Shown: piece after piece, positions 44,421 through 52,957 of the stretch
Layout: each line of letters opens with the position of its first letter
How positions within the stretch are numbered: position 1 is the stretch's first letter
From: Tabrizicola flagellatus
GTDB lineage: Bacteria > Pseudomonadota > Alphaproteobacteria > Rhodobacterales > Rhodobacteraceae
Reading direction: 5' to 3'
Assembly: GCF_046295235.1 (NCBI RefSeq)
Contig: NZ_JBKBLV010000003.1
Span: 39,589 to 103,588, forward strand
DNA length: 64,000 nt
Made by a program: the position numbers and the translations under genes
The notes under the pieces: model-generated
Told to the model about the DNA's origin: nothing
Seen by the model: the letters and a program-made list of their open reading frames with translations, nothing else
Databases searched by the model: none

Positions 44421-45377
44421 GTGCATCCGATCATGAAACTGGTGGTCCAGCGCATCGCGCTGGGCCTCCTCCTGCTCCTCGCTGTCTCGGCGGTGATCTT
44501 CCTGGGCGTCGAGGCGCTTCCGGGCGACACCGCGCAACAGATCCTGGGCCAGTCGGCCACGCCGCAGGCGCTTGAGAACCTGCGCGAGAAGCTGGGGCTG
44601 AACGAGCCGCCGCTCACGCGCTATTTCACCTGGCTGGGCGGGGTCCTGACCGGGGATCTGGGCAAGTCGCTGACCAATGGCGTCGATATCGCCCAGGCGA
44701 TCGGGCAGCGGCTGGGCAACACGCTGTTCCTGGCCGGATGCGCCGCCGTGATCGCCGTGCCGCTGGCGATCCTTCTGGGCCTGATCGCCGCGCGCTATGC
44801 CGGGCGCTGGCCCGACAAGCTGATCTCGGCCGTCACGCTGACCACGATCAGCCTGCCCGAATTCGTCGCGGCCTATTTCGTCATCTTCCTTCTCACCCAG
44901 CTTTTCCCCTTGTTCCAGCCGGTCGCCATGGTCTTTCCGGGCATGAGCTTCTGGGCCAAGCTGCACGCGATCGCCCTGCCGGTCATCGTGCTGGTGCTGG
45001 TCGTCCTTGCCCACATGATGCGGATGACCCGGGCGGCGATCCTGAACGTGATGCAGTCGGCCTATATCGAGACCGCCGAACTCAAAGGCCTGTCGCCGAT
45101 GACCATCATCTGGAAGCACGCCTTCCCGAACGCCATCGCGCCGGTAGTCAGCGTGGTCATGCTGAACCTGGCCTACCTCGTCGTCGGCGTGGTCGTGGTC
45201 GAGGTCGTCTTCGGCTACAACGCGCTGGGCCAATACCTCGTCGATCACGTCACCAAGCGCGACCTGCCGGTGGTGCAGGCCGTGGGGCTGATCTTCGCCG
45301 CCGTCTACATCTTCCTGAACATGCTGGCCGACATCATCGGCATCCTTGCCAACCCGCGCCTGAGGCACCCGAAATGA
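44421..45377 (+). CDS. Peptide ABC transporter permease (DppB-like)
   Basis: GDLGKS, AYIETAELKGL, KHAFPN, RDLPVVQ. Start GTG 44421 or ATG 44433. Confidence 0.92.
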   Translation: MHPIMKLVVQRIALGLLLLLAVSAVIFLGVEALPGDTAQQILGQSATPQALENLREKLGLNEPPLTRYFTWLGGVLTGDLGKSLTNGVDIAQAIGQRLGNTLFLAGCAAVIAVPLAILLGLIAARYAGRWPDKLISAVTLTTISLPEFVAAYFVIFLLTQLFPLFQPVAMVFPGMSFWAKLHAIALPVIVLVLVVLAHMMRMTRAAILNVMQSAYIETAELKGLSPMTIIWKHAFPNAIAPVVSVVMLNLAYLVVGVVVVEVVFGYNALGQYLVDHVTKRDLPVVQAVGLIFAAVYIFLNMLADIIGILANPRLRHPK

Positions 45378-46189
45378 GGATGCCGCTTTCCGCCCTGATC
45401 GGCCTGGTCCTGACCGGCACCTTCCTCTTCATCGCGATCTTCGCGCAGTGGATCGCGCCCTATCCGCTGGACGACAGTTCCGGCGGCCAGTGGGAAGGCT
45501 TCTCGTCCGCGCACTGGCTGGGCACCGACACCATCGGCCGCGATATCCTGAGCCGGCTGATCTATGGCGCGCAGGTCACGATCTTCGTGGCGCTGGCCTC
45601 GTCGCTTCTGGCCTTCGCGCTGGGGGCCTTCCTCGGCTTTCTCGCCGCGGTCAAGGGCGGCTGGATCGACCAGCTTCTGTCGCGGCTGGTCGATCTGATG
45701 ATGGCCATCCCCTCGCTGATCGTGGCGCTGGTCATGCTGTCGGTCCTGCCCCTGAACCTGACCGTGCTGATCCTGGTCATGGGCATCCTCGATTCGACCC
45801 GCGTCTTCCGGCTGAGCCGCGCGGTCGCGGTGGACATCGCGGTGATGGACTATGTCGAGGCCGCGCGGCTGCGGGGCGAAAAGGGCGGCTGGATCATCTT
45901 CCGCGAGATCCTGCCCAATGCGCTGTCGCCGCTGGTGGCCGAGTTCGGGTTGCGCTTCATCTTCGCGGTCCTGTTCATCTCGACGCTCTCGTTCCTCGGC
46001 CTCGGCATCCAGCCGCCGCTGGCGGACTGGGGCGGCATGGTGAAGGAGAACAAGGACGGCCTTATCTACGGCAAGTCGGCGGCGCTGTTGCCCGCGGCCG
46101 CCATCGCCGCGCTCGCGATCAGCGTGAACCTGGTCGCGGACTGGATCCTGACCCGGACCTCCAGCCTCAAGGGAGGGCGCGGTGGCTGA
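45374..46189 (+). CDS. Peptide ABC transporter permease (DppC-like)
   Basis: HWLGTDTIGRDILSRLIYG, LSFLGLGIQPP. Confidence 0.92.
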   Translation: MRMPLSALIGLVLTGTFLFIAIFAQWIAPYPLDDSSGGQWEGFSSAHWLGTDTIGRDILSRLIYGAQVTIFVALASSLLAFALGAFLGFLAAVKGGWIDQLLSRLVDLMMAIPSLIVALVMLSVLPLNLTVLILVMGILDSTRVFRLSRAVAVDIAVMDYVEAARLRGEKGGWIIFREILPNALSPLVAEFGLRFIFAVLFISTLSFLGLGIQPPLADWGGMVKENKDGLIYGKSAALLPAAAIAALAISVNLVADWILTRTSSLKGGRGG

Positions 46190-47816
46190 TCCCCTGTTGC
46201 AGATCAAGGGCCTGGTGATCGAGGCGACCTCCTATCCTCCGGGAGAGCCGCCGAAGACCGTGACGCTGGTGCATGGCGTGGACCTGACGCTGGAGAGGGG
46301 CCGCGTGCTGGGGCTGATCGGCGAATCCGGGGCGGGCAAGTCCACCATCGGCCTGTCGGCCATGGCCTACGGGCGGGGCGGCGTCCGGCTGACGGGGGGC
46401 ACGATCCACCTGAACGGGCGCGAGATCCGGCTGGCGGATGCGCGCAGCCTGCGGCGCCTGCGCGGGCGCGAGGTGACCTATGTCTCGCAATCGGCCGCCG
46501 CCAGCTTCAACCCGGCCAAGCAGATCATGGAGCAGGTGATCGAGACCTGCCTGAGCCATGGACTGTGCAGCAAGGCCGAGGCCGAGGCCCGGGCGCGGGG
46601 GCTGTTCCGCAAGCTCGGCCTGCCGAACCCGGACACGATCGGCAACCGCTATCCGCACCAGGTCTCGGGCGGGCAGTTGCAGCGCTGCATGACGGCGATG
46701 GCGCTGTGCCCGAAGCCGGACCTGGTGATCTTCGACGAGCCGACGACCGCGCTGGACGTGACGACGCAGATCGACGTGCTGGCCGCGATCAAGGAGGCGA
46801 TCCGGGACACCGGGGTGGCGGCCTTGTACATCACGCATGACCTTGCGGTGGTGGCGCAGGTCGCCGACGAGATCATGGTGCTGCGCCATGGCCGGATGGT
46901 TGAACTGGGCGAGACCGGCCAGATCATCCACCGGCCGGTGCAGGACTACACGAAGGCGCTGGTTTCGGTCAGGGGCCTCGACCATGCCGAAAAGCCCCCT
47001 GCCCCGCCGGTCTTGCAGGTGCAGAATGTAACGGCGCGTTACCGGGGCACGAATTTCGACGTGCTGAAGAACGTGTCGATCGATCTGCCGGCGGGTCAGA
47101 CCCTGGCGGTGGTGGGGGAGTCGGGGTCGGGGAAATCGACGCTGGCGCGGGCGATCACCGGGCTGTTGCCGCCGTCCCAGGGCCGGATCACCTTTGCCGG
47201 GCGCGAGCTGTCGGCGGATCTGGCCGGGAGGACGAAGGACGACCTGCGCGAGATCCAGATGATCTACCAGATGGCCGACACCGCGATGAACCCGCGGCAG
47301 ACGGTGGGCACGATCATCGGCCGGCCGCTGGAGTTCTACTTCGGCATGAAGGGGGCGGAACGGGACAGGCGGGTGCAGGAGCTTCTGGACCAGATCGAGA
47401 TGGGCAAGGGCTTTGCCGACCGCTATCCGGCGGAACTGTCTGGGGGGCAGAAACAGCGGGTCTGCATCGCGCGGTCGCTGGCGGCGAAGCCGAAGCTCAT
47501 CATCTGCGACGAGGTGACGAGCGCGCTGGATCCGCTGGTGGCGGACGGGATCCTGAAGCTGCTTCTGGCGCTGCAGGCGCAGGAGCATGTCGCCTACCTG
47601 TTCATCACCCATGACCTGGCGACGGTGAAGGCGATTTCCGACAAGATCGCGGTGATGTTCAAGGGCGCGGTGGTGCGCTACGGGCAGAAGTCCGACGTGC
47701 TGACGCCGCCGTTCGACGATTATACTGATCTCCTCCTGTCCTCGGTGCCCGAGATGGAGCTGGGCTGGCTGGAGCAGGTGATCGCGCACCGCAAGATGGA
47801 GAGCGCAGGGAACTGA
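46182..47816 (+). CDS. Peptide ABC transporter, fused double ATPase
   Basis: Two Walker A motifs (GESGAGKS, GESGSGKS), SGGQ signatures, DEPT and DEVT. Confidence 0.93.
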   Translation: MADPLLQIKGLVIEATSYPPGEPPKTVTLVHGVDLTLERGRVLGLIGESGAGKSTIGLSAMAYGRGGVRLTGGTIHLNGREIRLADARSLRRLRGREVTYVSQSAAASFNPAKQIMEQVIETCLSHGLCSKAEAEARARGLFRKLGLPNPDTIGNRYPHQVSGGQLQRCMTAMALCPKPDLVIFDEPTTALDVTTQIDVLAAIKEAIRDTGVAALYITHDLAVVAQVADEIMVLRHGRMVELGETGQIIHRPVQDYTKALVSVRGLDHAEKPPAPPVLQVQNVTARYRGTNFDVLKNVSIDLPAGQTLAVVGESGSGKSTLARAITGLLPPSQGRITFAGRELSADLAGRTKDDLREIQMIYQMADTAMNPRQTVGTIIGRPLEFYFGMKGAERDRRVQELLDQIEMGKGFADRYPAELSGGQKQRVCIARSLAAKPKLIICDEVTSALDPLVADGILKLLLALQAQEHVAYLFITHDLATVKAISDKIAVMFKGAVVRYGQKSDVLTPPFDDYTDLLLSSVPEMELGWLEQVIAHRKMESAGN

Positions 47817-47823
47817 ACCGCCG

Positions 47824-47890
47824 CTCGTCGTTGGACTGCGTCCCTCCTCGCTGGGGGCCTCCCGACGAGAAGCCGAAGGCGCACGAGGAG
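47824..47890. repeat. Four-heptamer palindromic repeat, copy E
   Basis: CTCGTCG-N13-CTCCTCG-N12-CGACGAG-N14-CGAGGAG. Confidence 0.8.
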
Positions 47891-47897
47891 GCTTTTC

Positions 47898-48731
47898 TTG
47901 ACCAAATTGCTGCTCATTATCCTGGACGGGGTGCCTTACCGCAACTGGCGGCGGCTGTTCGGCAACCTGGAAGGCTGGGTCGAACAGGGCGAGGCGCGGG
48001 TGCGGCAGATGCGCTCGGTGCTGCCCTCGACCTCAGCCTCGTGCTACGCCTCGATCCACACCGGCCTGCCGCCGCAGGTGCACCGGATCTGGGACAATGC
48101 CGACATCCGGCGGCTGGAGTTTCCCGATGTCTTCGGCGCGTTGACGAAGGCGGGTCTTAAGACCGGGGCGGTGACGCACAGCTACTGGTCGGAGTTCTTC
48201 AACCGCGCGCCCTTCGACGTGGTGCGCGACATCGAATACGACGAACCCGAAGGGCCCATCACTCATGGCCGGTTCCACACCATGCACGGTTATGGGCACG
48301 CGAACCAGATGACGCCCTCGGACTACGACCTCTTCGGCACGCTGACGCGCCTCTGCGAGGTCAAGGGCATCGACTACGGCATCCTGCACACCTGCACGCT
48401 GGACAGCATGGGGCACCGCTTCTTCCACGACTGCGAGGAGATGGACCACGCCTGCGGCCATCTCGATGCGGTGCTGGCCCCCTTCATCCACCGCTGGCGG
48501 CAGGCGGGATACGAGGTGATCGTGACCGCCGACCACGGCCAGGACGCGCGCGGGCACCATGGCGGGACGGGCGAGGAGCAGCGCGACTTCGCCTTCTACT
48601 ATTTCGGCACAAGCCCGCTGCCGCCCGAGGATCAGGTGCTGGACCAGCTGGCGCTGGCGCCGTCGATCCTGACGCGGATGGGGGTGCCGGTGCCCGCGAC
48701 GATGACGGCCGCGCCTTTCCTGACCGGCTGA
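47898..48731 (+). CDS. Alkaline phosphatase / nucleotide pyrophosphatase superfamily protein
   Basis: IILDG, PSTSASCY, DSMGH, VTADHG metal-binding motifs. TTG start. Confidence 0.85.
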   Translation: MTKLLLIILDGVPYRNWRRLFGNLEGWVEQGEARVRQMRSVLPSTSASCYASIHTGLPPQVHRIWDNADIRRLEFPDVFGALTKAGLKTGAVTHSYWSEFFNRAPFDVVRDIEYDEPEGPITHGRFHTMHGYGHANQMTPSDYDLFGTLTRLCEVKGIDYGILHTCTLDSMGHRFFHDCEEMDHACGHLDAVLAPFIHRWRQAGYEVIVTADHGQDARGHHGGTGEEQRDFAFYYFGTSPLPPEDQVLDQLALAPSILTRMGVPVPATMTAAPFLTG

Positions 48732-48748
48732 AAGGCGCGGCCGCAGGG

Positions 48749-49054
48749 CTATTTCGCGGCCGGTCCGAGCGTCAACCGGACTTCGGACGCGCAGGCCATG
48801 TAGCTGGCGCGGGCGGAATGGCCGTTGCCCGCAGAGGACCGGCCGGTCCGCTCTTCGGCGGCCACCCGGCGCAGCGCGAGGCAGGTCTGGACCTTGTCGG
48901 TGTAATCGGCCCTGAGGGCCTGGCATTCGGCCGAGGCCGAGCCGGTGGCGCCGGTCAGGGGGCAGTTTTCCGGCATCCGGGCGGCGGTCTCGGCCAGAAG
49001 GGGTGTGGCGCCTGCCGCGAACAGGGCAAGCAGCGACGCGATGAGGGTTTTCAT
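48749..49054 (-). CDS. Small secreted four-Cys protein
   Basis: MKTLIASLLALFAAGATPLLA signal peptide, 4 Cys, GGAGA RBS. Confidence 0.65.
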   Translation of the reverse strand: MKTLIASLLALFAAGATPLLAETAARMPENCPLTGATGSASAECQALRADYTDKVQTCLALRRVAAEERTGRSSAGNGHSARASYMACASEVRLTLGPAAK

Positions 49055-49297
49055 CCCGATCTCCGTTCAAATGGATCTGTCTGAAAATGCGCTTCCCCTT
49101 CCCCGGATCGCGGCGAAGGACAGGGTCTGGTCTAGGGCATCAGCGTGATTTTCGCGTGACACCAGCGCCAAATCGGTAGCGGGCCGGGCAACCCTGGCGC
49201 CGGAACGCTGGATTAGGGTGGATTTCCCGATCGTCGTCTGTTGAAAGGCCGCGTGTCTCTGTGCATCGTTAACCTCCGTAATCCCGAACGGTATCGC

Positions 49298-51316
49298 ATG
49301 TTTCGCTTCCAGGTTGATCTCCTCGGTGCCTGCCGGGTCGCGCGTGTCGCGACCGGAGAGGAACTGGCGTTCCGGACGCGGAAGACGCGGCTGCTTCTTG
49401 GCCTTCTCCTGCTGTCGCCCGGCCAAAGGATGAACCGCGAACAGCTTGCCTCGCTCCTCTGGGACCCCGCGCCCGAATCGCTGGCGCGTTCCAGCCTGCG
49501 GCAGGCGCTGCGCGAGCTGAAGGAAGTGCTGGGACCGGAGAACGAGGACGTGGTCGAGGCCGACCGCTTTTCCGTCGGTCTGAAGGCTCAGGCCTTCGAC
49601 CTGGACGTGCGCCGGTTCCGCGAGCTGATCGCGACGGCGGTGCATGACCAGAACGCGCTCCTGTCGGCTGCGGCACTGTGGCAGGGAGAGCTTTTCGGCC
49701 CGGCCCAGCCCAGCGCGCCGGTCTTCGAGGCCTGGTTGCAGATCGAACGGTCGCAGCTGCGGTCGGTCCTGACCTCGGCCCTGACCGACCAGCTGGAAAA
49801 GCTGATCGCAGCCAATGCCTTCACCGATACACGCATCGCCGAGGAATTGGTGCGGGTGGAACCCAGTCACGAACTGGCGCACCAGTTCATCATGCGGTTC
49901 CACGCCCAGCGCGGCGACCAGTCGGCGGCCTTGCGGCAATACGCGCTTTTGCAACAGGCGCTGGCCGAGGAACTGGACAGCGAGCCGAGCGAGGCCTCGA
50001 ATGCGCTGCTGGTCGCGATCAAGAGCGGCGAGGTCTCGTTGCAACGTCCGGCCACGGCGCCGGTGGCACCGGCCGCGCCCCTGACGCGCAGCGGCCCGCC
50101 GCGGATCACCATCCGCCCGCCGCTGACCCGCTACACCGACAACAGCAAGGACTATCTAGGCGAGGGCTTTGCTTTCCTGGCCAAGTCCTGCCTGTCACGG
50201 TTCCGCTGCTGGATCGTCATCCCCTGGCCATCGAGCGGCTTCGACTCGACCACCGCTGTGGACTTCACCGCCGTCGGCCAGGTGATCGACGCCGATTTCG
50301 CAGTGGACTGCGTGCTGGACTGGCGCACGGGCAGCGGCAAGCTGTTCGTCACCCTGATCGACTGCCGAGACGGCAGCGAGGTCTGGTCCGAGCTTTACCC
50401 GGTGGCCGAGCACGAGTTGCAGGAGGTCAGCTCCTCCGTCGCGGGCGCGGTGGCGGCGAACCTGGCCAGCCAGGTGAACCACATCACCCTGTTGCGCCAC
50501 GCGCGGTCCACGCCGGGCAATCCGGTGGCCTATGACCTGTGGCTGAAGGGACACCAGTTGTCGCGGCTCTGGTCGGCCGAGGCGGATGCGCAGGCCGAGG
50601 CTCTGTTCCTGAAGGCGATCGAGCTGGATCCGGGGCTGGCCGGGAGCCACGCGAGCCTGGCGCAGGTCCTGAGCACGCGCTGCATGGTCCGGCCGGGCTA
50701 TCCCAACCGCAAGGCCGATTGCGCCGCGGCCTTCAAGCACGCGCGCGAGGCCATCGCACTCGACCCCTACGATCCGCGCTGCCACATCAGCATGGCCTGG
50801 AACTGGGCCATCGCGCGGTCGCCGGAACGGGCCAATTCGCATTTCCGGCTGGCGGTGGACATGAACCCGCACGATGCCGAGACGCTGATCGCGGCGGCGA
50901 GCGGGCTGGGCTTCCTCGGCCATGTCGATCTGGCGAAGGACCTTGCCCAGCAGGCCCTGCGGCTGAACCCGATCTATCCGGAATATTACATCGCCTATCT
51001 GGCCGGCATCCACTTCATGGCGGGCGACCACGAGGCGACAATCGCCACGGTCGAGAAATGCCCCGATGGCTTTCCGGACCTCGGGGTCTGGGCGGTGGCA
51101 TCCTATGCGCATCTCGGCCGGGCAGAAGAGGCGGCGCGCGCCTACGGAACCTTCCGCCGGATCGCGACGCAGATGTGGGAGGGCGGCTCTGCCCCGACCG
51201 AGGAAGAGCTGGAGGCCTGGGTGCTGGACACTCTGCCGATCAACTGGCCCGAGGGCCGGCTGGCCCTGCAGAAGGGCATAAGGCTGGCCCGGGCCATGGC
51301 GGTAGAGGCCGCCTGA
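49298..51316 (+). CDS. SARP-type activator: winged HTH-BTAD, central domain and TPR repeats
   Basis: LGLLLLSPGQRMNREQLASLLW..ARSSLRQAL..LK, LWQGELF, EPSHELAH..IMR..ALRQY, TPRs (AIELDPGLA, AIALDPYD). ATG at 49298. Confidence 0.88.
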   Translation: MFRFQVDLLGACRVARVATGEELAFRTRKTRLLLGLLLLSPGQRMNREQLASLLWDPAPESLARSSLRQALRELKEVLGPENEDVVEADRFSVGLKAQAFDLDVRRFRELIATAVHDQNALLSAAALWQGELFGPAQPSAPVFEAWLQIERSQLRSVLTSALTDQLEKLIAANAFTDTRIAEELVRVEPSHELAHQFIMRFHAQRGDQSAALRQYALLQQALAEELDSEPSEASNALLVAIKSGEVSLQRPATAPVAPAAPLTRSGPPRITIRPPLTRYTDNSKDYLGEGFAFLAKSCLSRFRCWIVIPWPSSGFDSTTAVDFTAVGQVIDADFAVDCVLDWRTGSGKLFVTLIDCRDGSEVWSELYPVAEHELQEVSSSVAGAVAANLASQVNHITLLRHARSTPGNPVAYDLWLKGHQLSRLWSAEADAQAEALFLKAIELDPGLAGSHASLAQVLSTRCMVRPGYPNRKADCAAAFKHAREAIALDPYDPRCHISMAWNWAIARSPERANSHFRLAVDMNPHDAETLIAAASGLGFLGHVDLAKDLAQQALRLNPIYPEYYIAYLAGIHFMAGDHEATIATVEKCPDGFPDLGVWAVASYAHLGRAEEAARAYGTFRRIATQMWEGGSAPTEEELEAWVLDTLPINWPEGRLALQKGIRLARAMAVEAA

Positions 51317-51334
51317 GCCGGGGCCGAGGCCCGG
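51317..51334. terminator. GC-rich hairpin between convergent genes
   Basis: GCCGGGCC-GA-GGCCCGGC perfect inverted repeat. No U-tract. Confidence 0.45.
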
Positions 51335-51360
51335 CCCCGGACCCGCCTATCAGCGTAACT

Positions 51361-51741
51361 TCAGCGGCAGTGCCGCATGAAATAGCGTGCGAGCAGCACC
51401 TTGAACCGGGTCGTCTTGCCGTTGCCGTAGGACGGTTCGTCCACCACGTCGGGCACGGTCTTCAGCACGTCCGCCGAGGGGATGCGGACATGCATCCGGT
51501 TCGGCGTGTCATAGACCGGCACGATCTGCACGCTGTCGGGGATCTCGCCGTTCGGGCCGGCGCCGGGACCGTCGTAGCGGTAGCCGTTGGCATGCAGCCA
51601 GCCGCGCGTGTCGTCGTTGAACTTCTTCCATTCCGAATTCGGCGTGTCCTTGAACACGCTTTTCGCAACTCGCAGGATCGCCTCGCCGGTCTGTTCCTGG
51701 TCGGCGATCGAATTGTTCTTGAGATTGAAGAACCCCACCAT
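51361..51741 (-). CDS. NHLP-leader-like protein, candidate RiPP precursor
   Basis: IPDSVQIVPVYDTPNRMHVRIP resembles the NHLP/nitrile hydratase alpha segment. C-terminus YFMRHCR. GGGAGA RBS. Confidence 0.65.
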   Translation of the reverse strand: MVGFFNLKNNSIADQEQTGEAILRVAKSVFKDTPNSEWKKFNDDTRGWLHANGYRYDGPGAGPNGEIPDSVQIVPVYDTPNRMHVRIPSADVLKTVPDVVDEPSYGNGKTTRFKVLLARYFMRHCR

Positions 51742-51873
51742 TCCGCTGTCTCTCCCTGTGTCCTGGCTGTTTCCGCCCTTGCTGTCGGACCACTATCGGG
51801 CCGGTTCGTGATGCCAGCGTGAAATGCGCCGGCAGCGTCCGATTCCGTCCTTGATCCTGTCCGTCATCCTGCC

Positions 51874-52944
51874 TTGAATACGCGCATGAAGCAAAATCCG
51901 GCCGAGATGATCGCCAAGATGGCGCGCGCCCTGGGCGAGGATTTCCACCTCATGGCCCTGGACGCACCCGAGGCACCGCTGTTCCTGGCCGTCGCCCTGC
52001 CGACGGAAGAGGGGGTGACGGGGTTGAAGCCGCGTCTGCCGGCGGGACGGGGGCTGACGCCGCAGCAGGCGATGCTGGCGGCGGGGGCCGAGGCGCTGGA
52101 GCTGCGGGCAAGCCTGGCGCAGCACCACCTCCCGGACCTGCGCACCCTGCCGCGGCGCGACGGGATCGCCATGGTCGCGGCGACCGATCTGGTCAGCGGC
52201 GAGACGGTCGAGGTGCCGGCGCAGGAGGTCTATCTCGACTGCGCGGCGGTCCTGGGCGAGCCCCTGCGCCAGGATGCCGATTCCACCGGCTGCGCGGTGG
52301 GGCCCGACCGCGACAGCGCCTTGGCGCGGGGCCTGTGGGAATGTGTGGAACGCGATGCGGTGGCGCTGTGGTGGCACGGTCGCCGGCCCGGCGGGGCGGT
52401 GGCGACCGAGATCATCGATGCGCACCAGCCGAGGCTCTTCTGGTGGCTGCACCAGCGCGCCCGCGAGACCCGGCTGATCGAGGTGACCAGCGACATCGGC
52501 CTGCCGGTGGTGGTGGCGGTGGCCGCCGATCCGGACGGGCGGAGGGTTGCCATGGGCTCGGCCGCGCGGCCGGTGCTGGCGGATGCGGCACTCGCCGCGG
52601 TGACCGAGATGGTGCAGACCGAGGTCAGCCTCGACCATGCGCGCGAGGCGGGCGACCCGGAGGCCGCCGCCTGGCTGGCCGCGGCCTCGCTGGCCGATCA
52701 GCCGCAGTTCCGTCCGGGGCCGGAACGGGCCACGCCGCCGCTGGAGATGGCCGGGCTGCTGGAACGGCTGGGCGGGCTGGGCCAGCGGGCGCTGGGGGTC
52801 GAGATGACCCTGCCGGGCGACCCGCTCCCCTCGGTGCGGGTCCTGGTGCCCGGGCTTTGCGCGATGCGGGGCCGGACGCAGTGCCCGCGCTTTGCCCGGC
52901 TTTGTCCCGACCTGCCGCCCCCGACCCTGCCCGAACCCTTCTGA
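51874..52944 (+). CDS. Stand-alone YcaO-family ATP-dependent peptide-modifying enzyme
   Basis: GRGLT..A...A.EALE, STGCAVG, ECVERDA, AVTEMVQ, Pro-rich C-terminus PPPTLPEPF. Start uncertain: TTG 51874, ATG 51886 or ATG 51907. Confidence 0.9.
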   Translation: MNTRMKQNPAEMIAKMARALGEDFHLMALDAPEAPLFLAVALPTEEGVTGLKPRLPAGRGLTPQQAMLAAGAEALELRASLAQHHLPDLRTLPRRDGIAMVAATDLVSGETVEVPAQEVYLDCAAVLGEPLRQDADSTGCAVGPDRDSALARGLWECVERDAVALWWHGRRPGGAVATEIIDAHQPRLFWWLHQRARETRLIEVTSDIGLPVVVAVAADPDGRRVAMGSAARPVLADAALAAVTEMVQTEVSLDHAREAGDPEAAAWLAAASLADQPQFRPGPERATPPLEMAGLLERLGGLGQRALGVEMTLPGDPLPSVRVLVPGLCAMRGRTQCPRFARLCPDLPPPTLPEPF

Positions 52945-52957
52945 CCGCGAGGCCGCC

